Shown here: positions 56,295-64,000 of the stretch, in pieces
How positions within the stretch are numbered: the stretch's first letter is position 1
Layout of the letters: every line of letters starts with the position of its first letter
NCBI GenBank assembly: GCA_003224755.1
Contig: QHZR01000017.1
Coordinates: 1,887 to 65,886, forward strand
DNA length: 64,000 nt
DNA from: Acidobacteriota bacterium
GTDB taxonomy: Bacteria; Acidobacteriota; Terriglobia; Terriglobales; Acidobacteriaceae
Direction: 5' to 3'
Program-made: the position numbers and the translations under genes
Notes under the pieces: generated by a model
What the model saw: only the letters and a program-made list of their open reading frames with translations
What the model was told of the DNA's origin: nothing
Database searches by the model: none

Positions 56295-56786
56295 ATGAAG
56301 AGATTCTGCCTGTTCCTGTGCGGTTTGTGTGTAGTGTCGGGTATTGCTTTGGCGCAAGGAAAATCAAACGTCCAGTGGAAGTGCGATAAACCGGCGGTAC
56401 AGCACACCATCAACGTCGGTGACAAGCCAGGCCATGCTTACGCCATCGACCAGATTGACTGTACCGCGATCAAGGGCGAAATCGCCGGCGTGAAAATCAA
56501 GTCGGGAACTGGAACCGAGTTTCTCGATGTCAAAGGCGACAAGACAACCGGTCACGGCGAATTCGTCGAAAGCATGGAGAACGGAGACAAGAACTACTAC
56601 AGGTACGAATTCACGGGCACATCAAAGAACGGTGCTTTCGAGTCCGGGAGCAACAAGTGGTCCATGACGGAAGGTGGCGGAAAGATGAAGGGCGGGAAAG
56701 CCAGTGGTACTTGTACTGCAAAAGGTAATGCCGACGGGTCCACGTCGTTCGACTGCATGGGTACTTACACGCCCGCAGCGAAGTAG
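56295..56786 (+). CDS. small secreted Cys-containing protein, unknown function
   Basis: ATG after GAGGAGGAAGGA; MKRFCLFLCGLCVVSGIALAQ signal; 4 Cys; Gly/Lys-rich. Confidence 0.45.
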   Translation: MKRFCLFLCGLCVVSGIALAQGKSNVQWKCDKPAVQHTINVGDKPGHAYAIDQIDCTAIKGEIAGVKIKSGTGTEFLDVKGDKTTGHGEFVESMENGDKNYYRYEFTGTSKNGAFESGSNKWSMTEGGGKMKGGKASGTCTAKGNADGSTSFDCMGTYTPAAK

Positions 56787-56945
56787 TCCGCTGAATGTTG
56801 CCGGAGAACGGGCCGCGCTGGACCACGAGCAGATCGGTGAGAAACGCGAGACGGTTTGGTTCAAGACACATAGGCTCCGATGAATCCGGTTATCGGTCCA
56901 TTTGCACGATTTGCGCAGCGTCCGAGCCTTTCGAGGTGCTAACCG

Positions 56946-57197
56946 ATGGACGCACCACAGGAACGACGCCAATACCCTCGTGTGAAAGTTAAGATTCCAG
57001 TCGAATTGCATCTTTCCGCAGGCTCGCCTCAGCATACGTCAATCGACGAGATTAGCCTGTGTGGCTGCTATATCGAGACCATGATGGGCTATTCGCAAGG
57101 TCTTGCCTGGTCAGTTGACGCGTCTGTGAAGGCACTCGTGACCACTCGAGTAGGCGACGATGGACCCACGGACGCATTGGGAAAAAATCTACGGTGA
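56946..57197 (+). CDS. PilZ-like small protein (possibly truncated)
   Basis: ERRQYPRVKVKIPVELHL...DEISLCGCYIET resembles the PilZ RxxxR...DxSxxG pattern. Overlaps the start of the next ORF. Confidence 0.3.
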   Translation: MDAPQERRQYPRVKVKIPVELHLSAGSPQHTSIDEISLCGCYIETMMGYSQGLAWSVDASVKALVTTRVGDDGPTDALGKNLR

Positions 57198-57770
57198 GAA
57201 AGCGCCAAATGCGGTCAGTTGGTATCGTCACCTTGAGACTTCGCTTTCGCTGATTGAGCGAGTGGCTTCCAGAGATTCTGCAATCATTGACGTGGGCGGA
57301 GGGGAATCGACATTAGTTGATGACCTGCTGTCACACGAGCATGAGAATGTGACGGTTCTGGATGTTTCTCAAACCGCGATAGAGGCCAATAAGACACGAC
57401 TGGGGAAAGCGTCGGAACGTGTTCATTGGCTTGTTGCTGACATCACAAAGGCAGAACTCGCTCAGTCTGCTTACGACGTATGGCACGACGGTGCCGTGTT
57501 TCATTTCCTTACGGCACCCAACGACCGCGTGGCGTATGTGCGCCAAGCCGCACGCGCAGTGAAGCCGGGAGGTCACGCCTTCGGGCCGGAGGGACCAATC
57601 AAATGCAGCGGTCTGATGTGGTTTGTTACGATGCCGAGTCATTGCACCGGGAGTTTGGTGTGCATTTCCGTTTGTTGGAAAGCAGTAAGGAACTGCATCA
57701 GACGCCGTTCGGAACGATCCAGCAGTTTCTCAACGTTCACTTTACGCCAAACGTCTCGTCAGAAGTTTGA
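57160..57770 (+). CDS. class I SAM-dependent methyltransferase with apparent 1-nt frameshift near 57610-57630
   Basis: N-terminus THWEKIYGEKAPNAVSWY...IDVGGGESTL...KPGGHA in frame 1. The expected C-terminus VVCYDAESLHREFGVHFRLLESSKELHQTPFGTIQQFLNV is in frame 2 (ORF 57480..57770). Confidence 0.5.
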
Positions 57771-59212
57771 TGCGCCTTCACCGGTAGCGTGATCTTAACG
57801 ATACAGCCTTGCCGATCCAGACGGTTCCCCAATTCGAGAGTTCCACCATGGGCCTCTGCAATCTGACGCGAGAGCACAAGGCCAATGCCGCTGCCGGTTG
57901 GCTTTGTTGTATAGAACGGGACGAAAGCGTTGCTGGGGTTCATGAGCCCCGGCCCGGTATCTTCGATTGAGATGATCAAATCCTCGCCGCTTGCCTTCCA
58001 GGAAAATGCGACGTGCTGCTCGCCATCCGAACGCTTCGATCCATTGGAATTGTTTCCCTCCTCCTGCGCCTGAAGAACGGCATCCGCGGCGTTGCGCAAC
58101 AGGTTGATAAGCATTTGCTCCAGTTGATCCGGGTCCGCCAGGAAATCGATTTCGGATCCGGGAGTAATGGCGACAGGGACTCGCGTTTCTAGCCCAGCCA
58201 CACGTTTCGCTAGTACAGCGATGGAGCACTGTTGCAAGACTGGCGGGGGCATTTGCGCCAACTGCCGATAGCCTTGCAGGAAACGATTCAGTGAAGCTGC
58301 CCGGCTTTCGATGATGCTTAGGCCCCGTTGAAAGTCCTGCTGTTCTTCGCTTCTAATTCCGCTTCCCATCAGTCGTGCATGGAGGCTGCCCGCGATGGAT
58401 TTGATCGGAGCAAGAGAATTATTCAACTCGTGCCCTAATACGCGAATCAACCGTTGCCAGGCCCGCCGCTCCTCTTCGCGTAACGCGCGGCTCACGTCGG
58501 ATAGTACGACTAAAGTATGTGGCACTCCCTGCTGGCGAAAGGAGCTTCGCCGGACGAACCAGCGGGCATCCGTTCCGAAATGCAGTTCAACCAGAGACTC
58601 GTTTTCACATGACAGACAACTTTCTAGCCCCAACTCAGAACAGGACTCACCAATCAATTGAGCTGCATGTAGATGAAGGAGCTTTTCCCCGGCGGAGTTT
58701 ACAAGTCGGAGCCTGTTTGCCGGGTCAAATGCAAAGATAGGTATATCCACCTCTTCGACCACGCGCTGCAGTAGTGCTGTTGCTTCCATAGCGCCGGTGC
58801 GATGCTTCGCAAGCAAGTCAGCAAGAGCGTTGACTTCGAGTGAAAGTTCCCCCAGCGCATCATTAGGAACCGCCAATCGTGCCCGGAACGAGTAATCCTC
58901 CTCGCGCAAGGCGCCGACCACGTTCGCCAGCGTCTGCAGGGGGCGAACAATGTGATCATGGAGCGCCGCGCCAATAAGCAAGCAAGCAAATGACTCAGCA
59001 CCCAAAATCATCAGTTTTGATTGAACCGACCATGGCTGCAGCCAGATCACGATGCCGCTTACCAGAAGGGCCGGTGCCACTAACAGGATTGACAATCGGG
59101 TTACACGACGCTCAAAGGGCGCTCGCTGCCGTTTTCGTCTCTTTACTGTCGAAGGCTTGTCGACCGTTGGGCTAGAGCCCATACTTTTCCATCCGCCGAT
59201 ACAGAGCCCCAC
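57737..59212 (-). CDS. sensor histidine kinase (TM, HAMP-like, HisKA, HATPase_c)
   Basis: H-box LIRVLGHELNNSLAPI; ATP lid IISIEDTGPGL...GSGIGLVLSRQIAEAHGG. Confidence 0.85.
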   Translation of the reverse strand: MGLCIGGWKSMGSSPTVDKPSTVKRRKRQRAPFERRVTRLSILLVAPALLVSGIVIWLQPWSVQSKLMILGAESFACLLIGAALHDHIVRPLQTLANVVGALREEDYSFRARLAVPNDALGELSLEVNALADLLAKHRTGAMEATALLQRVVEEVDIPIFAFDPANRLRLVNSAGEKLLHLHAAQLIGESCSELGLESCLSCENESLVELHFGTDARWFVRRSSFRQQGVPHTLVVLSDVSRALREEERRAWQRLIRVLGHELNNSLAPIKSIAGSLHARLMGSGIRSEEQQDFQRGLSIIESRAASLNRFLQGYRQLAQMPPPVLQQCSIAVLAKRVAGLETRVPVAITPGSEIDFLADPDQLEQMLINLLRNAADAVLQAQEEGNNSNGSKRSDGEQHVAFSWKASGEDLIISIEDTGPGLMNPSNAFVPFYTTKPTGSGIGLVLSRQIAEAHGGTLELGNRLDRQGCIVKITLPVKAHQTSDETFGVK

Positions 59213-60584
59213 GGCTCAGGCCGAGAGCTTCTGCCGCCTGGCTCACGTTGCCCTGAAAGCGCTGCAGCGCCTTGCGGATCAGGATACTTTCAACCGCCTC
59301 TAGACTCAATTCTTCGAGATTCTGTGATTGTCCTCTCTGCGAACCGAGACCGAGATCCCCGGTCTGGATTTGCTCGGCGCGGCACATTAGCACGGCCCGC
59401 TCCATCGTGTGCTCCAATTCGCGAACGTTACCAGGCCAAGCGTATTGAAGAAGTGACTGCAGTGCTGTGGACTCGATCCCCTTCACTGGACGGCGGTAGC
59501 GCGAAGCGTACTGTGACAAAAAATGCACGGCCAGAGCCGGGACGTCCTCCTTTCGCTCACGCAATGCGGGCAAATGAATTTCAACCGTATTGAGGCGGAA
59601 CAACAGGTCTTCGCGAAATTGTCCGGTTTCGCAAGCGATCTTAAGGTCAGCATTGGTCGCAGAGATCAGGCGCACATCAATCTTTTTGCTGCGTGAAGAA
59701 CCCACGCGTTCCATTTCTCCCGACTCGATAACCCGTAGAAGCTTTGCTTGTTGCCTGAGAGGAACATTCCCGATCTCGTCCAGGAAGATTGTCCCGTGGT
59801 CGGCCAATTCAAAGCGCCCGATGCGGTCTGTTCGCGCATCTGTGAACGCGCCCTTTACGTGACCGAATAATTCGCTCTCGAAAACTCCTTCGGCGAGACC
59901 ACCAGTATTCACGGCAATCAAAGGCTTATCTTTGCGGAGAGAAAGAGTGTGGATCGTGCGGGCGACGACCTCTTTGCCGGTTCCGTGCTCTCCGCTAATC
60001 AGGACATTGGCGTCGGAGGGCGCGATACGTGCGATCGTTTCCAGTACCGGAATCATGCTCGGCGCGGTTGCGATGAACTCCGGCCGGCCCTGCGCGTTAA
60101 GCAGACGGTTTTCCGCAGCGAGCCGCTCTGCCTGCTGCAAAGCCCGATGCAGCTCAACCTGCGTCCGCAGAATCGAAAGGAGGCGTTCATTTTCCCAAGG
60201 CTTCTGAATAAAGTCGCGGGCGCCGCGCCGCATCGCTTCGACTGCCAATTCCACATTGCCCCAAGCTGTCATGACGATGACAGGCAATGTGCTGTCCTGG
60301 ATAACGATTCCCGATAGCAGATCCAATCCTTCGCGCCCCGACGTAGTGTCTCGGGTGTAGTTAAGATCGATCAACACTGCGTCATATTGCTTGCTCAGGA
60401 GCGCATTGCGCGCCAGTTCCGGCGAACGAACAACATCTACTTTGTACCCTTGCGGCTTCAGGAGCAGTTCGATGGCTTCGAGGAGGTGCTGCTGATCGTC
60501 AGCGGCCAAGATCCGGGGCGCAGTCCCCGTTTTTGTCAGGACTGCAGGGATACTTATTTCGTGCGGTTTGGCCGAGATTGGCAT
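59172..60584 (-). CDS. sigma-54-dependent response regulator (REC-AAA+-HTH, NtrC family)
   Basis: REC with ...RILAADDQQHL...; AAA+ with GEHGTGKEVVARTIH and GAFTDA; ESELFGH; C-terminal Fis-type HTH. Confidence 0.88.
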   Translation of the reverse strand: MPISAKPHEISIPAVLTKTGTAPRILAADDQQHLLEAIELLLKPQGYKVDVVRSPELARNALLSKQYDAVLIDLNYTRDTTSGREGLDLLSGIVIQDSTLPVIVMTAWGNVELAVEAMRRGARDFIQKPWENERLLSILRTQVELHRALQQAERLAAENRLLNAQGRPEFIATAPSMIPVLETIARIAPSDANVLISGEHGTGKEVVARTIHTLSLRKDKPLIAVNTGGLAEGVFESELFGHVKGAFTDARTDRIGRFELADHGTIFLDEIGNVPLRQQAKLLRVIESGEMERVGSSRSKKIDVRLISATNADLKIACETGQFREDLLFRLNTVEIHLPALRERKEDVPALAVHFLSQYASRYRRPVKGIESTALQSLLQYAWPGNVRELEHTMERAVLMCRAEQIQTGDLGLGSQRGQSQNLEELSLEAVESILIRKALQRFQGNVSQAAEALGLSRGALYRRMEKYGL

Positions 60585-60586
60585 AA

Positions 60587-62701
60587 TTATGGTGCCGGGG
60601 CCGCCATCGGAGCGACGATCGCTGCGTTTATTGCGTCCTGAATTGCGATTCCATTATGTTCCAAAGTCGCGCCGGTCGCACGATCTACCTCGACCTTCGC
60701 TTTTTCGTAAACCGTCCTCGCGGTCACCAGGTCCAGTTCAGCGAGGGCGAGATCACGCTGCGCACTCATCGTCTGGTAAGTTGAACCTGCGCCGAGCGTC
60801 TGCTCTTTTTGGGTGATCTCAAAGGTACGCTGCGCCAGATCGCGGGCTTTACGAGCCGCCTCCACCCGCGCCGTGGTCTGTTCGAGTGCGTATTGCGCAT
60901 TACGGACCTCAATCCTGATTTGTTTTCGCAGCTCTTCGCGCCGCAGTTCAGCTTGCCTGTATTCGAGTTCGGACCGGTACTGATCAGCCTTAGCTACGCG
61001 GTTTCGGATGGGAATATTCAGGTTGAATCCGACGTAATAATCGGGCGCTGTGTTGTTGAACGCATTCCCCAGCGCCCCACTGAAATCAGTAGGGACGCTT
61101 GAGCTGTTGGGAACTCCGGGAATGTTGTAAACCGGATTTAGCGGGCCAGCCAATCCCGATCCTCCGTAAAACGCGACGAGCGAGAGCGAGGGCAGCAGCG
61201 CGTTCCTTGCAGCCTTGCGGCTGATTTGGCGATTGGCCAGGTCGACGTCAGACTCGAAAAGCTCTGGGCGATCGTGCAGGGCCTGCTGGATGAGATCCTG
61301 CACGTTCTCACCCGGAGGCGCAACTTGCGAGGACTGAAGCGTGTCCGTCGGTACGACGCTGACCGACTCAAGCACTGGATCATCCAGACTCTTCGTGAGC
61401 GCGTTCTTCATCAGTAGCTCTTGCAACTGCAGGCTTGTGCGCGCTACCGTCAAATCCTGATCGCGCTTTGAAACCTCGGCTTCGGCCCGCATGACATCCA
61501 TTGCCGGAATGCTCTGTAGCTGAAACTGCTTCTTGGCGTTATCGAGCGACTGCTGTGCGAACGCCAAGGACTGCTCGTTCACTTGCGACTGTTCGTAGGC
61601 ATTCACCAAATCCCAATAAATGTTCTCGATCTGAGTGACCGTCGCCATCACTTGATCTTTGAAGGCAATATCCGAAATGTGCTTGTTGTTCTTTGCTATC
61701 CGTAAATAACGAAGATTTGGACCAAAGCCGAATCCAGAGAGCAATTGCTGTTGGAATGAGAACCGGTACATCGATCCGAGGGCTGGAGAAAGATTGAAAT
61801 ACGGGCTGTTCGTGGTCTGGCGGTTGTTGTTGAACTCAAACGAAACGCTCGTGCCGGTCGCAAAAGCTTGGGCAAAGCCGAAATTAGCCTGGCCCGTGTT
61901 GAGTTGCAGCAATGGGACCCCGTAAATCCGCAGATTAGCGAGAGGTGTTGTTTGATGCTCCGCTCCCACCGAGGCAATGATGGCAGGGTCATACGAAGGC
62001 ACCGCCGTGCCGACGCCCAAGGTGGACTGCACCAGGCCCGAAGCGCCCGCCCCAGCGCCGCCCGCACCCGCAGTTGTACCCCCTGCGCCGGCACCGGGCG
62101 CGCCAGTCCCGAATCCACCGACGCCTCCGCCGGGAGTGCCTTGTACTACTCCCGCATTCACGCCTCGAAAAACTCCGCCAGCTTTCGTACGCAGAATGTC
62201 CATATCCGCGATCGGCAGATTGTAGCGTGCAATCGCGATGTCGAGATTATTTTCTAACGCGAGCTGAATCGCATCTTTAAGAGACAAATATAGCTTTCCA
62301 TCGCGAATGAGCTGATTCAGACGGGATGAGTTCGTGAGCTGAGGTTCGGGCGCCTGGCTCGGCGAATACGCACTGATTGGGTTGTGCGACTTCGGCATCT
62401 CGAAGGACACACCCGCGTTCGTCTGAGCTGCGGATGTTGCAGTGAGGACAATAAGGAAACAGAGCGCGAATATGTACCGAGACCAAGTGTCCCGGAGGGA
62501 CAGTCGCCAATAGCCCGGCGCTTCCAGCGCCGGGTTGGAAGCATGACGACGAAGTGCTGGAGGCACGGCTGACCCTTCAGCCGTCCCTAACGGGACTGGG
62601 CGCAGCACGTTTTTTCCCCGGCGTTGAAAACGCCGGGCTATTGGCGACTGTCCCTCCGGGACACGGTGCCCGACGAATTCGTTACCGCCGCGCTCCCTCA
62701 T
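60587..62701 (-). CDS. TolC-family outer membrane efflux protein with Gly-rich insertion. The N-terminal region carries a 56-codon in-frame repeat insertion before the signal peptide hydrophobic core
   Basis: 704-aa ORF whose ATG overlaps the stop of the upstream ABC ATPase (ATGA). OMF repeats with coiled-coil segments. Signal h-region YIFALCFLIVLTATSAAQ follows the inserted segment. Confidence 0.75.
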   Translation of the reverse strand: MRERGGNEFVGHRVPEGQSPIARRFQRRGKNVLRPVPLGTAEGSAVPPALRRHASNPALEAPGYWRLSLRDTWSRYIFALCFLIVLTATSAAQTNAGVSFEMPKSHNPISAYSPSQAPEPQLTNSSRLNQLIRDGKLYLSLKDAIQLALENNLDIAIARYNLPIADMDILRTKAGGVFRGVNAGVVQGTPGGGVGGFGTGAPGAGAGGTTAGAGGAGAGASGLVQSTLGVGTAVPSYDPAIIASVGAEHQTTPLANLRIYGVPLLQLNTGQANFGFAQAFATGTSVSFEFNNNRQTTNSPYFNLSPALGSMYRFSFQQQLLSGFGFGPNLRYLRIAKNNKHISDIAFKDQVMATVTQIENIYWDLVNAYEQSQVNEQSLAFAQQSLDNAKKQFQLQSIPAMDVMRAEAEVSKRDQDLTVARTSLQLQELLMKNALTKSLDDPVLESVSVVPTDTLQSSQVAPPGENVQDLIQQALHDRPELFESDVDLANRQISRKAARNALLPSLSLVAFYGGSGLAGPLNPVYNIPGVPNSSSVPTDFSGALGNAFNNTAPDYYVGFNLNIPIRNRVAKADQYRSELEYRQAELRREELRKQIRIEVRNAQYALEQTTARVEAARKARDLAQRTFEITQKEQTLGAGSTYQTMSAQRDLALAELDLVTARTVYEKAKVEVDRATGATLEHNGIAIQDAINAAIVAPMAAPAP
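62487..62664. mobile_element. MITE-like 168-nt element with perfect ~34-bp terminal inverted repeats and three internal hairpins, inserted in frame in the TolC-like gene
   Basis: Left arm gtgtcccggagggacagtcgccaatagcccggcg at 62487..62520. Exact reverse complement at 62631..62664. Internal hairpins at 62515..62533, 62565..62584 and 62618..62636. Confidence 0.55.
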
Positions 62702-63405
62702 TGCTTCACCGCCTCATACGGCTGAAGGTCAGGATTCGCTGTATCGCTCACCACCCAACCGTCACGTAACTGAATCGTGCGCGAGCCGTACTCGGCATTG
62801 ACTTCCGAGTGAGTCACCTGGACGATCGTTGTCCCCTGCTGATTCAGTTCGCGAAAGAGCTCCATGATCTCCTTCGCCTGAGAGGAATGCAGGTTCCCGG
62901 TAGGTTCGTCCGCCAGCAGGAGTGCGGGTCTATGGATGACCGCGCGCGCAACTCCCACGAGTTGCTGCTGTCCGCCGGAGAGCTGGCTGGGAAATAGGTC
63001 TTTCTTGGCGACAATCTGAAAACGGTCAAGCGTGTCGGCCACCATGCCCTGCCGTTGTTGGTGGGGAATGTCTGTATATGAGAGTGGCAGATCAATGTTT
63101 TCGCGGACCGTGAGATCGTCGAGCAAGTGATAGCTCTGAAACACCATGCCGATATTGCGCTTGGCGAGTTCCGCCCGCTGCTTGCGCTTCATCTCATGCA
63201 CGGCCTGATCGCGAAACCAGTATTCACCCTGCCAAGCGTCATCGAGAAGCGCGAGCACATTTAATAAGGAGGACTTGCCAGCGCCGGACGGCCCCATAAT
63301 GGTGATGAACTCGCCTTCGCGAATCTCGAGGTTGACTCGCCGGAGCACAAAAAATTGCCCCGCGGGCGTTTTGTAACTGCGTTCAAGATTCTTGAGTTGA
63401 ATCAT
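62698..63405 (-). CDS. ABC transporter ATP-binding protein (MacB/LolD-like)
   Basis: ATG at 63405 after GGAGG; Walker A GPSGAGKSS, signature LSGGQQQ, Walker B LLLADEPT. Confidence 0.88.
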   Translation of the reverse strand: MIQLKNLERSYKTPAGQFFVLRRVNLEIREGEFITIMGPSGAGKSSLLNVLALLDDAWQGEYWFRDQAVHEMKRKQRAELAKRNIGMVFQSYHLLDDLTVRENIDLPLSYTDIPHQQRQGMVADTLDRFQIVAKKDLFPSQLSGGQQQLVGVARAVIHRPALLLADEPTGNLHSSQAKEIMELFRELNQQGTTIVQVTHSEVNAEYGSRTIQLRDGWVVSDTANPDLQPYEAVKQ

Positions 63406-63437
63406 GTTCCTCCAAAAGGATCTTTCCGTCGCGTACC

Positions 63438-64000
63438 TCACTCGTCCCGCAGCGCCACCATGGGATCAACCTTGGCGGCACGGCGGGCTGGGATGTAGCA
63501 CGCCAACAACGCGATCACTCCGAAAACAATGACAACTGATGCATAGGAGACGATATCTCCCGGACTAACCTCGAACAGCAGATGCGACATCAAGCGAGAC
63601 AAAAAAACTGCTGCCAGCAGTCCAATCGCCGCTCCTGCTGCGAACAGTCGCGAGCCGCTCGCCAGCACCATGCTGAGCACATCGCCGAATCGCGCACCGA
63701 GCGCGATACGGACGCCGATTTCCCGTGTCCTCTGTGTTACCGCAAACGAGAGCACCGCATAAATTCCGAGCGCCGCCAGCAGCAGCGCGATGCCGGCAAA
63801 TCCGCCCAACAACAAGGTGTTCATTCGCGGTTGCGCGATGCTCGAATCAACTAGATCGCTCATGGTTTGGACGTTTGCGACTGGCTGGTCTTTATCTACC
63901 TGCGACACTTGCCGGCGCACTTCGTTCACAATACTGAGGGGGTCGCTTGCGGTGCGCACGGCTAGAGAATCCGGCCAGAAGAAATCGGCCTGCTCAAACG
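63438..64000 (-). CDS. ABC transporter permease, FtsX-like C-terminal domain (MacB-type), 5' end beyond the window
   Basis: The frame stays open to the window edge. TM-rich C-terminus ...LGARFGDVLSMVLASG...; ends ALRDE. Confidence 0.7.
   Translation of the reverse strand, partial: FEQADFFWPDSLAVRTASDPLSIVNEVRRQVSQVDKDQPVANVQTMSDLVDSSIAQPRMNTLLLGGFAGIALLLAALGIYAVLSFAVTQRTREIGVRIALGARFGDVLSMVLASGSRLFAAGAAIGLLAAVFLSRLMSHLLFEVSPGDIVSYASVVIVFGVIALLACYIPARRAAKVDPMVALRDE

Noticed and set aside
62698-62701. The ATG at 62701 as a certainly wrong start for TolC
   Set aside because: It would give an 80-aa pre-signal region, which seems odd. But no ATG/GTG/TTG exists in frame between it and the signal peptide, and the ATGA overlap with the ABC ATPase stop supports it. 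The long N-terminus is explained by the in-frame repeat insertion instead.

Overview
The window reads as a high-GC (~58%) bacterial chromosome segment. Its centre (13.6-36.1 kb) is the conserved str/S10/spc/alpha ribosomal-protein super-operon: rpsL-rpsG-fusA-tuf-rpsJ...rplQ, with secY, adk, map, infA, rpmJ and rpoA. The lineage guess is Acidobacteriota-like, from the Lys/Ala-rich ribosomal-protein extensions; this is inference only. Upstream (0-13 kb) lie a partial TPR-GAF-degenerate-GGDEF gene, a thiolase/hbd/crotonase beta-oxidation cluster interrupted by a GH39 glycosidase with a truncated hbd duplicate, ribH-nusB, and a large Ig-like surface protein. Downstream (36-64 kb) lie an orphan VapB-like antitoxin ORF, an SPFH protein, chrA, a pectin/hexuronate utilisation locus (GH28-like, Gfo/Idh/MocA, GH105, ExuT, KdgK, Eda), a decaying accessory region, a sigma54-type two-component system, and a MacB-like ABC/TolC efflux unit. 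No tRNA, rRNA or CRISPR array was seen. The notable content is structural rather than a new gene cassette. The ribosomal-protein operons carry at least five distinct families of intergenic structured repeats, several sitting directly against ribosome-binding sites. A 168-nt element with perfect 34-bp terminal inverted repeats is inserted in frame in the signal-peptide region of the TolC-like gene.
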